Source: Planctomycetota bacterium
GTDB lineage: Bacteria; Planctomycetota; UBA8108; SXIK01
Direction of reading: 5' to 3'
DNA: 64,000 nucleotides
Assembly (NCBI GenBank): GCA_965223265.1
Contig: OZ244999.1
Span: 8,672,001-8,736,000 of the forward strand
A program made the position numbers and the translations under genes. Below, in pieces: positions 18,871-27,812 of the stretch; position 1 is the first letter of the stretch; the number at the start of each line of letters is the position of its first letter. The notes beneath the pieces were generated by a model that saw only the letters and a program-made list of their open reading frames with translations, was not told where the DNA came from and ran no database searches.

Positions 18871-20286
18871 CTAATCGATCCCGAATTGAAGCTCAGCGTT
18901 CCCCTCTGCACCGGACAGGAGATCCTGTGCCGTCACCCTGACGCGGTAGACGCCCGTACTGAGTCGTTTCGGGATCTCGTATTTGGCCCAAAAGTTGACA
19001 GGCTCGTTTGGATCGTCGACAACCTGACGACCCGCATCGGGTGTGAGAAACTCGAGTTCATCGAGAACCTCGTCATGGGGTCCAAGCAACCGCAGCGTAG
19101 CGCTGAAACCGCGAACGAAGACGGTCTCTTGGCCCGACTCTTCAGTCTCGGCGTGCGTCGTGAAGTTCTCGAACTCGCCGTACAGGAGAAGCTCAACGCC
19201 GGCGACAATCCGATGCGGTGGGAGAGGGATAAACTCTCCGGGTCCGCCGATCGATTCAGCGAAGCTGAGTGCGGAGACAGCGAACGGAGGGGGGGCCGGC
19301 TGGCTGACCGCCGATGGTTGGGACGCGTCGGAGTCAATGTCGGTGCCGTCGACTTGCGGCACTGCGACGTGCGGAGCCGCAACTTCAGCTGCTGTGGACG
19401 GTGTTGACGCGACGGCGCTTACCGAGACATTGGATTCGTTTGCATCGCTGGAGGCGTAGGAATCCCTCGCTGCCGCCTCGCCGCCGCCATCCGAAGCGGT
19501 CAACTGCGCCACGTTCTCTGCCGCCGATCCTGCGTCGGTTCCTGCCGCCGTCGTTGGATCGAATCGCATGGCATCATTCCCCGTCGCCACTTCTTGGCTG
19601 CTGTCGGCGCTGTCGGCCGCGGCGTCGCGAAGCGCGGTGTCGGCGGTAGCCAGCAGCCGGCGGGCTTCGACTTCACGTCCAAGGGAGTGCAGGATGGCTC
19701 CCACCAAGAGAGCGTCGCCGCGCTGGCCGCTGCTCCCGAGAGCTGCCAAGCACGATTCGAGATCAGTGTCCGGGATCGCGGCGTCAACGCCAGCGAGATG
19801 GAGAGCAAGAATCCGTCGTGCGAGCTCGAGACGAGTTGCGTTAGCGGCCCCATCCGTAGGGGCGGCCTGCCACTGTGCGAGCAGTTCCGCCTGCACATGG
19901 CCCACGCCTCGCCTGTGAGGCGACGGCCCCTGCGACTCTGCTGCATGCGTCGAGGTGGACTTGTCCTCGGTCCGAAGCTTCTCCACCTGTGCGGCGCCGG
20001 CGAACTCGCTTCCACCAGCCCCAGCCGAGGCAGAGGAATCCCTTTCCGTCTTGGTTGCTGTCGTGTCGTCTCGATTCACCTCTCGCTTCACGGTGCGGTG
20101 CTGGCTGAGCTCCTCGGCGGCCGTGGCGCGCGCCGTAGAAAGCTGTTCGGGCCGGCGATGCGCGCTGCTCGAGCATGACACCGAGGCCAGCACAAAGCCG
20201 GCGAGAACGACGACTGAAGCGCGTCGGCCCACACTGCGAATCGTGTCGGCGTCGGCCGTCCACTGGCGCGATCTCCTCAAGCTCAT
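18871..20286 (-). CDS. Hypothetical lipoprotein with low-complexity linkers and a C-terminal Ig-like domain
   Basis: Lipobox-like SVSC; Ala/Ser-rich linkers; C-terminal beta-rich GVYRVRVTAQD. Confidence 0.7.
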   Translation of the reverse strand: MSLRRSRQWTADADTIRSVGRRASVVVLAGFVLASVSCSSSAHRRPEQLSTARATAAEELSQHRTVKREVNRDDTTATKTERDSSASAGAGGSEFAGAAQVEKLRTEDKSTSTHAAESQGPSPHRRGVGHVQAELLAQWQAAPTDGAANATRLELARRILALHLAGVDAAIPDTDLESCLAALGSSGQRGDALLVGAILHSLGREVEARRLLATADTALRDAAADSADSSQEVATGNDAMRFDPTTAAGTDAGSAAENVAQLTASDGGGEAAARDSYASSDANESNVSVSAVASTPSTAAEVAAPHVAVPQVDGTDIDSDASQPSAVSQPAPPPFAVSALSFAESIGGPGEFIPLPPHRIVAGVELLLYGEFENFTTHAETEESGQETVFVRGFSATLRLLGPHDEVLDELEFLTPDAGRQVVDDPNEPVNFWAKYEIPKRLSTGVYRVRVTAQDLLSGAEGNAELQFGID

Positions 20287-20798
20287 GAATGCATCCTCTC
20301 TAGTTCTCTTCTCGGCCCCTTGAGGCCGCGACTCACTTCTTGTTCTCCGCCTCTCGTCGGCGCGATCGTTTCGGCGGCCCGGACCCTAATGCATGCTAAG
20401 AATGGCAGCACGAAACGCCTTCGGCTCGGCTCGTAACGTTGGGATCGGAGCCGGTCGTCATCGCTTTATCGGTTTGCGGCTGGCTCTCACTTGAGACTTT
20501 TTCGGACCTTTTTCCGCTGATTTTTTATCGTTTAAGAGGTGATTTGTAGCTGTTTTGGAGGTTTTTTTGTACAGCTCGATGCGGCGTCTTCAGATCAGCC
20601 CTGCAGCTGCCGAAACAATCCCGGGTCGTTCTCACCATGGACTTCTGTGGCAAGGCTTGCGCGCTCGACCGCTTGCGTCCGAGCCGCGAATCCGAGGAGG
20701 CGAGAGTTCTCGCGCCTTGGGGCGAACTCCCTTTGCCCGGATTTTGCCGCGGGCGACGGGTTGAGACGTGAAACCGAAGGATTTGGGTGAAGGTGGTC

Positions 20799-20987
20799 AT
20801 GGAGTCGAACAAAATTCACACCTGTCGACGTTGCTACACCAAGGAGTACATTCCGACGCATCAGTACGTCAAGTTCGACCTGAAGACACACTATCTGTGT
20901 CGACGCTGCTGGGAAGACTATCGCAGCTGGTTCTACTGGGGGCAGCGCCCGACCAGCGGTGAGAAAGAGAAGGTCGCCGCGACTTAG
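20799..20987 (+). CDS. Small putative zinc-binding protein (CxxC-x21-CxxC), 62 aa
   Basis: MESNKIHTCRRCYTKEYIPTHQYVKFDLKTHYLCRRCWEDYRSWFYW...; AAGGTGG RBS; GC3-rich codon usage. Confidence 0.7.
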   Translation: MESNKIHTCRRCYTKEYIPTHQYVKFDLKTHYLCRRCWEDYRSWFYWGQRPTSGEKEKVAAT

Positions 20988-21134
20988 CCTCGAGTTTGGC
21001 CATTTCGCGCCGACCGCCGGACGAGCTGACCGCGACTGCGGAGTCGGCAAACGTGGATCATCTCCGCGACTCTTGAGTACTGGGGCGGTCGAGCTGGGCG
21101 TGAATTCTCGGCCGAATGACTTTTCAACGGACTG
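20988..21134. mobile_element. Chimeric MITE remnant (family B left end plus inverted family A end)
   Basis: CCTCGAGTTTGGCCATTTCGCGCC identical to the start at 56296; TTCTCGGCCGAATGACTTTTCAACGGACTG is the reverse complement of the family A left end. Confidence 0.7.
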
Positions 21135-21255
21135 GTGTGCCAGCGGAATCGGAGACGTCACCAGGGCGCATCCGGCGATCGATCGACGCCAGGACCTTCG
21201 TGCCCTTCTCGCCTTGGCGGAAAATCGCCGCGGGCGCGTTCTGTGCCGCCCTCCT

Positions 21256-22386
21256 TCAGGTCGTCTTGCCGTGCGAGCGGTACTGTTCGACACCCTTCAG
21301 TAGTGCGTGCATGTCTTGCGGCAACCGTGCGCTGAACGCCATCTCTTGCTGCGTCAGTGGGTGCTGAAACGAGATACTTGCCGCATGCAGGGCATGTCGA
21401 CTAAGAATCGGCTGCTCTGCTTGCGTCCGCGTCTGTCCGCGGAGGTCGGAAAGGTAGATTTGTTTTTCCCGGCCGTACAATTTGTCCGCGGCGATCGGCA
21501 AGTGGAGGCTGGCGAGGTGGACCCGGATTTGGTGTGTTCGCCCGGTTTTGGGATAGACTTCAATGAGAGCGTAGCCGCGAAATCGTTCAAGGACACGGTA
21601 AGCCGTGATGGCTTCGCGGCCGGTCCCGTCGACTCGCACCATCTGTTTTTTGCTGTGCGTGTAGCTCCGACCGAGCGGTCGATCGATGCTCCCCTCCCAT
21701 TCCTTTGGCTCGCCACGACTAATCGCCAGATACGTCTTGTGCACCAAACGCTCTTTGAATTGGTGCGCCAATGCACGGTGCGCGAGATCATTTTTGGCGA
21801 CGAGGAGGACACCGGAGGTTTCTTTGTCCAGACGATGCACGATTCCCGGACGCTCTTCGCCGCCGACGCCCGACAAGTTGCTCAAGCGGTAGAGAAGCGC
21901 GTTGACGAGAGTGTCTCCAACCTGGGACGGTGCGGGGTGCACCGCCAGTCCGGCGGGTTTGTCGATGACTGCTAGGAACTCGTCTTCGTACAGAAGATCG
22001 AAGGGGATGTTTTTGGGCGACAGATCGATCTTCCGCGGTGGCGGCACGTGACATCGGACCGACATGCCCCGGCTGATTTTCGTCGACGCCTTGACGTCGC
22101 GACGTAGTTTCGGAACGGTGACGTAGCCCTGGTCGACGAGCTTCTGCAGGAAGGCACGTGAGTGCTCCGGAAGGCGTTCGGCGAGCAGCGTATCGAGGCG
22201 CTGCGGCTCGCCTTCGTGGATAAACTCGTGAACCTCAGGCGGCGCCGACTCATCGCCGTCCGACTGTGGCGAGGGCGGCTCGTCCGCATCGCAGCGCTCG
22301 CGCTTCGGCTCCAGGGACGATCCTTCTTTTCGCGCGTCACATTCGTCCAACGAGTCGCCGTCTCTCCCCAAGTTCGGTGGCTTCAC
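21256..22386 (-). CDS. rluD: RluA family pseudouridine synthase (RluD-like, S4 domain)
   Basis: RLD S4 start, KPAGL, IVHRLDKETSG, TGRTHQIRVH, ALHA; start uncertain. Confidence 0.85.
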   Translation of the reverse strand: MKPPNLGRDGDSLDECDARKEGSSLEPKRERCDADEPPSPQSDGDESAPPEVHEFIHEGEPQRLDTLLAERLPEHSRAFLQKLVDQGYVTVPKLRRDVKASTKISRGMSVRCHVPPPRKIDLSPKNIPFDLLYEDEFLAVIDKPAGLAVHPAPSQVGDTLVNALLYRLSNLSGVGGEERPGIVHRLDKETSGVLLVAKNDLAHRALAHQFKERLVHKTYLAISRGEPKEWEGSIDRPLGRSYTHSKKQMVRVDGTGREAITAYRVLERFRGYALIEVYPKTGRTHQIRVHLASLHLPIAADKLYGREKQIYLSDLRGQTRTQAEQPILSRHALHAASISFQHPLTQQEMAFSARLPQDMHALLKGVEQYRSHGKTT

Positions 22387-22397
22387 TTGCGACAGCG

Positions 22398-22988
22398 TCA
22401 GTTCTCGCTGCTGGCTTCGTTCGGGACGGGTAACTCGAACGTCGCGCTGGGTGGCATCCACTCGGAACTGTCTTTCGCTGTGAGAACCTTCTCGACGTTC
22501 AACGCCCACGTCTTCATGTCGGCGTCACCGGCGAAGCGTTCGGCCGCGCTTCGTGCCAGTGCGAGGGCCTTCTCCTTTGCCTGAGTGGGCTCGAGTCGGG
22601 GCTTCGCTTGAGGATCATCCCCGGTGTCGGCCATGGCAAGCTCGGCAAGAAAGGAGCCGATGGTTTTGACGACGTAGGGCTCCGGCTTTGTGCCTTCAAC
22701 ATCGGCAAGGAGCTCGTCGATTGCCGTGAGGCTGAGCGGCTCGGTGGCATCCGGATCTGTGACGCGACTGAGGCGGGCACTCACTTGTTCGAGGCGCTCT
22801 TGAGCCAGCGCCGTCCACGCGGTGTAGCCGACAACGCAGAGCAGCACACAGGCCACGACGACCACGATGTGCATGCGAAACTTCTTGATCGTCGAAACGG
22901 TTGAGCTCGTCAGGCCGGTGAGTGCGTTTTCCAACCCTTGCTCGGGCTGCGTGTCCGTCGGCTGTTTAGGCAAGGTCTTTCTGGCCAC
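22398..22988 (-). CDS. Hypothetical single-pass membrane protein (YfgM-like topology)
   Basis: GTG start after GGAAGGA; one TM segment then a helical domain. Confidence 0.65.
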   Translation of the reverse strand: MARKTLPKQPTDTQPEQGLENALTGLTSSTVSTIKKFRMHIVVVVACVLLCVVGYTAWTALAQERLEQVSARLSRVTDPDATEPLSLTAIDELLADVEGTKPEPYVVKTIGSFLAELAMADTGDDPQAKPRLEPTQAKEKALALARSAAERFAGDADMKTWALNVEKVLTAKDSSEWMPPSATFELPVPNEASSEN

Positions 22989-23567
22989 GATGATCCTTCC
23001 GATCGTTTCGGCGGTTCGTTTTGGATTCGATTCGAATTTCAAACTACGGCGTTGGGACGACCGTCACGAACTCGCGAGCGGTGACGTTGTTCCCAGCTTT
23101 GGTGCCGATCCCGCGCTGCTGAACCCCAAAACAGTCTGTTGAAAACGCTTGGAGCCGAATACGGTCTCTTCGATCAGCGACGGTCGGTGGCACGCAGGCA
23201 CGCGCCGGTTCACCGAAGTCGACGGCCAACCGCCATTGGTCGGGAGCTCTTCGGGTCCCCACGTGCGTGAGCCATCGATAGATAATACACCGCCACCGCG
23301 GTTTTCAACCGCAATTCTCGCCCGGTAATCTTCCCGTATGGTTGGTGCGACCGCTTTGACCGTTTCCTGCGGCGGGCACGGTGGCGCACGACCTGCAGTG
23401 AGGTGGTGAGCAACATGGTCCGGGCGAGTACTTGGCGTCCCAGGACGCCGCAGGCTGCGACTTGACGCGCTCGCGGGTGGTGTGGCGTTCCGAGCGCAGC
23501 TGGCGGCGGGAATGGGCTCTCAGAATGCTCCCTGCGAGCGCCGCGCCTCGGCCCGGTCGTCATCTTC

Positions 23568-23625
23568 GTCGTGACTACGCAGTGTCGTGACTATGCAGTG
23601 TCGTGACTACGCAGTGTCGTGACTA
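23568..23625. repeat. 16-bp tandem repeat GTCGTGACTAYGCAGT x3.6
   Basis: Directly visible; the last partial unit overlaps the stop codon of the adjacent minus-strand gene. Confidence 0.9.
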
Positions 23626-24270
23626 GTATTGGATAGGCTCTTCGTTCTCTTCAAGCCTGACCGACGCTGGCGCCGGGCTACCGATCTCGTCCTCGGACAA
23701 CGTCAGGTCGCGAATATCGGCTTCTGGCGAGACCGCAGCCGGGGGGGCGATCTCGGGCTGCGCGCCAGGCTCCGCCGCGGGCGCCTTCAGACTGTTGATG
23801 TCCGCGATCGAGAAGCTTTCGGTGCCGCGAGGGCCGATTCGAGAGCGAATCTCGTTGAACGACTTCCCGTAGGCGAAGTCGAATTTACGAGAGATCGTCA
23901 CCTCAGCGGTTTCCTCGCCTTTCACGAACTGATAGTTGTGCGTCTCGCCTTCCGTCTTGTACGCACCCACCAGTCGCCAACCGTTTTTCTTCATCGCACC
24001 CACGAACCTCGGTCCGACGTCCGACATGTGACCACCGCCGCGGTAGTACCCGACCCAGCTGCGAAAGTGTCCGCCTTCACCGACTGCCGGCTCATACGAT
24101 TCACCACGGACGAATTCGAAATTGGGTAGGAGCGGTACATCGCTTTGCTCCACGCCTTCGGCCATTTCGACGCCCGAGGGCGGCGAGACGCACCCCGCGA
24201 TGGCGGCCAAACCGACACTGATCACACCAACTCCGATCATTGCGACACAACGCGAGTACGTTCTCTTCAT
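23623..24270 (-). CDS. Hypothetical lipoprotein
   Basis: MKRTYS start with GGAGAGG RBS; lipobox IAGC. Confidence 0.75.
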   Translation of the reverse strand: MKRTYSRCVAMIGVGVISVGLAAIAGCVSPPSGVEMAEGVEQSDVPLLPNFEFVRGESYEPAVGEGGHFRSWVGYYRGGGHMSDVGPRFVGAMKKNGWRLVGAYKTEGETHNYQFVKGEETAEVTISRKFDFAYGKSFNEIRSRIGPRGTESFSIADINSLKAPAAEPGAQPEIAPPAAVSPEADIRDLTLSEDEIGSPAPASVRLEENEEPIQY

Positions 24271-24349
24271 AGCAATGTCCTCTCCAACTTCCTTTTCTCG
24301 CCGCCAGGCCGGAGGACCGTCGCGGCTTTCACGTCCGAGCGCGGCATTG

Positions 24350-24416
24350 TAGCCGTTGAAAAAACCGGGGAGTGCGAATGCCCCCGTATCGGCTCGAAGC
24401 ACTTTTCAACAGGCTA
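24350..24416. mobile_element. Minimal MITE family A copy
   Basis: TAGCCGTTGAAAA...TCGGCTCGAAGCACTTTTCAACAGGCTA inverted ends. Confidence 0.65.
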
Positions 24417-24789
24417 TAGCTCCTCTAACGCTTTGCGCTGCGGTCCCCGTGCTACCGAAGCGGTTCCGCCCCGAAGCGCACAAGGGACGTTTGCGCAACC
24501 ACCAGAGCGGGCAATCTCTTCAACATTCCTCTTCAACACTCAACAGCCGGCCCCGCGGGAGTCGAAGGCTGGTACGAACGCACTGCGTTCAACGACGCCT
24601 TCGCCGGGGTTTTTGTCAACGGTTTCGTGTCAACGGGCTGCTCTGACGGATCATTCTATTACGTTTTCGGAACACCGCAACTCTTTTTTTGCAGCGCTCT
24701 TGCGGCGATAGCGGAGCTGTAGCCGACAACAGTGGAGCTCGCCAATGGTGCCCGTCGTGGGGTACTCTTCTTGGGAGATCCAAAGAGAA

Positions 24790-24942
24790 ATGCTACGCCT
24801 TCCGGACAGTCAACTCTTAGGTCGCTCGATCCTTTGGATCGATCGCGCCCTCACGCGACGCTGGGTTCAGGCCGCACTGTTCACCGGTTCACTGCTCGGG
24901 TTCTGGCTGCTTCTCAGCTGCGGCGTAGCCTTCTCGCACTAG
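24790..24942 (+). CDS. Possible small membrane peptide (50 aa)
   Basis: MLRLPDSQLLGRSILWIDRALTRRWVQAALFTGSLLGFWLLLSCGVAFSH; purine-rich upstream; fills an intergenic gap. Confidence 0.3.
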   Translation: MLRLPDSQLLGRSILWIDRALTRRWVQAALFTGSLLGFWLLLSCGVAFSH

Positions 24943-24964
24943 AGGCCCCACTCTTTCTCGCCGC

Positions 24965-25462
24965 CTACTTTGCGGTGGCGCCGCTCGAAGCCGTCTTGAG
25001 GTCGACCAAAAGCACGAAGACTTCGTCGTCGCGACGGATTTTCGCCAAGGAGATGATCGCCGGGGTCTCCTTCAGGAGCAGCGTCGCCTTGCGCTTCCTC
25101 TTTTTGTTGACCAACGTTTGCTTAAGGCGCACTGATTGGCGATGCGTCTCGAGCTCCCACCGCGCCTGATAGTGATCCGGGAGCTCGAGGGAGACGCCAC
25201 GCTCGAAGCTGATCTTTTGCACGTGCGGCTCCTTCGTTGCTAGCCGAAACCGCTTTTTCTTAGTGTGCTTTCGCAGCTCCGCGACCATCTTTTTCGGAAG
25301 TTTTTCGGCCGTCTCGACATCGACGCCGTCTGAGCCCCAAAGCTGGTATACCGTGACCGTATACTTTTCCTCGGCGTGCGCCGTCGGCGTGGCGAACAGC
25401 AGCGTACACGTCCCCGAAAACAGGGCGCAGAGTAGCCGAAGCGGTTGTGGAAAAGCGAACAT
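24965..25462 (-). CDS. Hypothetical secreted protein in the ECF operon
   Basis: Signal peptide ending AHA; co-oriented after the anti-sigma. Confidence 0.7.
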   Translation of the reverse strand: MFAFPQPLRLLCALFSGTCTLLFATPTAHAEEKYTVTVYQLWGSDGVDVETAEKLPKKMVAELRKHTKKKRFRLATKEPHVQKISFERGVSLELPDHYQARWELETHRQSVRLKQTLVNKKRKRKATLLLKETPAIISLAKIRRDDEVFVLLVDLKTASSGATAK

Positions 25463-25495
25463 GGGTTCACCGTGCTCAGCGACTATCGAAAGGCT

Positions 25496-26119
25496 TTAGA
25501 AGTCTTCGTAGCTGGCGAAGTTGCCGTCGATCTTACTCGGCTTGTCGCCGCCGTGAAAAAGAATACTCTTTTGTTCTTCTTCTGGCACGGCCTCGCCGCC
25601 CCCCGGCTGGACACCGGGGGTGTTCTCGTCGCCTTGCTCGACGGCGGTTCCTGTCGCGACGTTCGTTTCCGGCCCGGTAGACGGCGGTGACCGAAGGGCG
25701 ATCAGAAGCACGGCGATGACCAAAACAGCCGCGGCGGCTGCCACGACCCCGTAAAGAAACCGGGGGCGCTCGATCCGAGCAGCCGCGCCTTGTCCGCGAT
25801 CGGAGCTGTGGGCTTGCGGAGCGACCGCGGGCGGCGTCTCGAGCTCAGGCTCGTTCTTGCGGCGCTGAATCTCGTCCCAAACGCGCGCCCACTGCTCGCC
25901 GCTGACCGGTGGAGCAGATTCGCCGCGCGAAACTTCATCCAGCCAACGATAGCTGTCGGCAACTTCGCGCGCACTCGCATTCGAGTCGACGTATTTTTCC
26001 ACAGACTCTCTCTCTTCAGGGGACAGCTCCCCGTCGACGTAGGCGCCGACGCGCATCAACATTTCGTCTTCGGCGCTGTGGCTCCGATCGGATTTCGGAT
26101 CGTTCTGTGTCTCTGTCAT
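25496..26119 (-). CDS. Transmembrane anti-sigma factor (zf-HC2-like, Zn ligands lost)
   Basis: AYVDGELSPEERESVE anti-sigma motif, one TM segment, directly downstream of the ECF sigma; alternative GTG start at 26158. Confidence 0.8.
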   Translation of the reverse strand: MTETQNDPKSDRSHSAEDEMLMRVGAYVDGELSPEERESVEKYVDSNASAREVADSYRWLDEVSRGESAPPVSGEQWARVWDEIQRRKNEPELETPPAVAPQAHSSDRGQGAAARIERPRFLYGVVAAAAAVLVIAVLLIALRSPPSTGPETNVATGTAVEQGDENTPGVQPGGGEAVPEEEQKSILFHGGDKPSKIDGNFASYEDF

Positions 26120-26195
26120 TGGATTCTCGATTCTTCGCTGCTTCTTCTTCGCTACCACTCTTCTTCTTGATCAACTCTTCTTCTTGATCAGCGCG

Positions 26196-26822
26196 TCAGC
26201 CCGTCGTCTGGCGGCGTGAAGGCGGATCGACCCCAAGACGACGCAGGTGTTCCTGTAGTTTTTTACGAGCATAATGCAGGCGCGACATCACGGTTCCGAT
26301 GTTGCAGTCGACCACCTCGGCGATCTGTTTGTAGGATAGGTTCTCTTTGGCATGCAGAATGAAGACGGCTCGATGCTTGTCGGGGAGTGAGTCGACCGCC
26401 TCGGAGAGTTGTTCGCCGAGTTCCTTGTTTTGCGCGCTCTCTTCTGGGTCGACAGGTGCGTTGCGCCCAGGGGTTTGAGTGCCTTGTGCCTCAAGGAACG
26501 TTTGGTCGACTTCGGTTGCCAGCCGGGATTTTCTGCGGCGGGTGAAGTCAATCGCGCGGTTGACGGCGATGCGATACAGCCAAGTGAAAAACTTGGCGTC
26601 GGTTTTGAACCGATCGACGCTCTTGTAGACGCGCACGAATACCTCTTGGGTAACCTCGAGCGCGTCTTCCCGGTTGTGCACGAACCGCAGCGCGACGCGA
26701 TAAACGCGTTCGCGGTATTTGTCGAAGAGAAACTCGAAGGCTGACTCGTCGCCCGCGAGAAAGGCTTCGACTTTGCCAATATCTTCGTCGTCCGAGGGGT
26801 CGCGCACTGGATTCGGGACCAT
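26196..26822 (-). CDS. ECF RNA polymerase sigma factor
   Basis: GDESAF, DALEVTQEVF, FFTWLYRIAVN, SYKQIAEVV..GTVMSRLHYAR. Confidence 0.93.
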   Translation of the reverse strand: MVPNPVRDPSDDEDIGKVEAFLAGDESAFEFLFDKYRERVYRVALRFVHNREDALEVTQEVFVRVYKSVDRFKTDAKFFTWLYRIAVNRAIDFTRRRKSRLATEVDQTFLEAQGTQTPGRNAPVDPEESAQNKELGEQLSEAVDSLPDKHRAVFILHAKENLSYKQIAEVVDCNIGTVMSRLHYARKKLQEHLRRLGVDPPSRRQTTG

Positions 26823-27075
26823 GAGCAGGTTGCGGCGCCGGGAACCGTGACGATTCCGGTTGCAGGGCAGGGCACCCGGCAGCGTGTGGTGGCGCACATC
26901 GACATCTTGTTTCAGCGTCCTAGATACAGGTTTTTGATCGGTTCGTCCAAGAACCAGTCTGTCCGCGACAGGCGGTGAGCTCGATTCCAGTGGTCTTCTC
27001 AGTCCGACGCGGTCGATTTGGAGTTATTCGAACCGTTTCGTGGCGGCGATCGGGATTCGACTGTGAAAAATATGT

Positions 27076-27104
27076 TTGATTTTAGGGTGTTCGTCTGCTA
27101 TGAC
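27076..27104 (+). promoter_or_regulatory. Candidate sigma70 promoter
   Basis: TTGATT-N17-TATGAC with extended TG and AT-rich upstream. Confidence 0.4.
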
Positions 27105-27438
27105 GCGTTCTCGGTTTTGAGTCACGGTTGGCTTCTGCCGTCTCCGGGTGGGCGTCGTTAACTTTATCGGCGTCAATACCTTACGGGTTAGCGTAGTTTG
27201 GCGAAGTGACCGGTGGCGCCTTTGTAGTTGAAAACAATCTGCAGACTGTCGTGTCTTTCGACGTCGTCCGCCCAGGGCGACAGCGACAGACTGAAGGTGG
27301 ACGGCGGCTCTTTTCGTAACTCGCCTAAAACGTTGGCGTTACGATTTAAGCGGCGGTTCTTAGATCAACCTACCCGATCCCTACATTACCCTCGCGGTAG
27401 GTCCCTCCTTTTTCCTCGTTTATTTCAGACCCAAACAT

Positions 27439-27477
27439 ACTCCTCATCGAGTAGGGACGGTGAGGGGATTTTTTTTT
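27439..27477 (+). terminator. Intrinsic terminator with no upstream + strand CDS
   Basis: CTCCTCATCG/CGGTGAGGGG 10-bp stem (with GU pairs) followed by a T run of about nine. Confidence 0.6.
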
Positions 27478-27679
27478 CCCGATGGGTCGTCGCAAGCCTC
27501 CACGAAGCCTCTTCACCTCCTGCCAGCGGCACGAAGGAGCAAGGGGCTGAGCCCTGGAAGGCCGACTGAGTAGGATATGGGGAGCGTTGTTCCCGTGCCG
27601 CCGCGTCCCAGTGCTGGGGTGAGCGACCGAGAGCGTTCCTGGCCGCGCGACTTCGAATTGCCGCGTCGCCTTGGTTACC

Positions 27680-27788
27680 CAACCCGCTGAAAAAGTCATT
27701 CGGCCGAAAAACTGGCCTCTTCACTTGCCGCGGCCGATCTGGACGCGAAGAGACCAGTTTTCGGCTCGAAGCACTTTTCAACAGGCTG
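27680..27788. mobile_element. MITE family A copy (internally deleted)
   Basis: Near-identical ends and interior to 56554-56712, lacking one arm of the internal hairpin. Confidence 0.8.
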
Positions 27789-27812
27789 TTTACGGCCGTG
27801 CAAGGACCCGCC

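Noticed and set aside
20595-21293. 232-aa minus-strand ORF after rluD
   Set aside because: Runs through MITE sequence and antisense to the better-supported small Cys protein
27111-27477. tmRNA or RNase P RNA (by size)
   Set aside because: No GGGG..TCCACCA ends and no GAGGAAAGTCC motif
27435-27590. SAM-I or glycine riboswitch
   Set aside because: Partial motifs (ATCGAG..GAGGG..CCCGATG..GCAA; CGAAGGAGCAA) are present, but core elements (GCAACC/GGTGC; GGAGA/CTCAGG) are missing and the downstream gene does not fit
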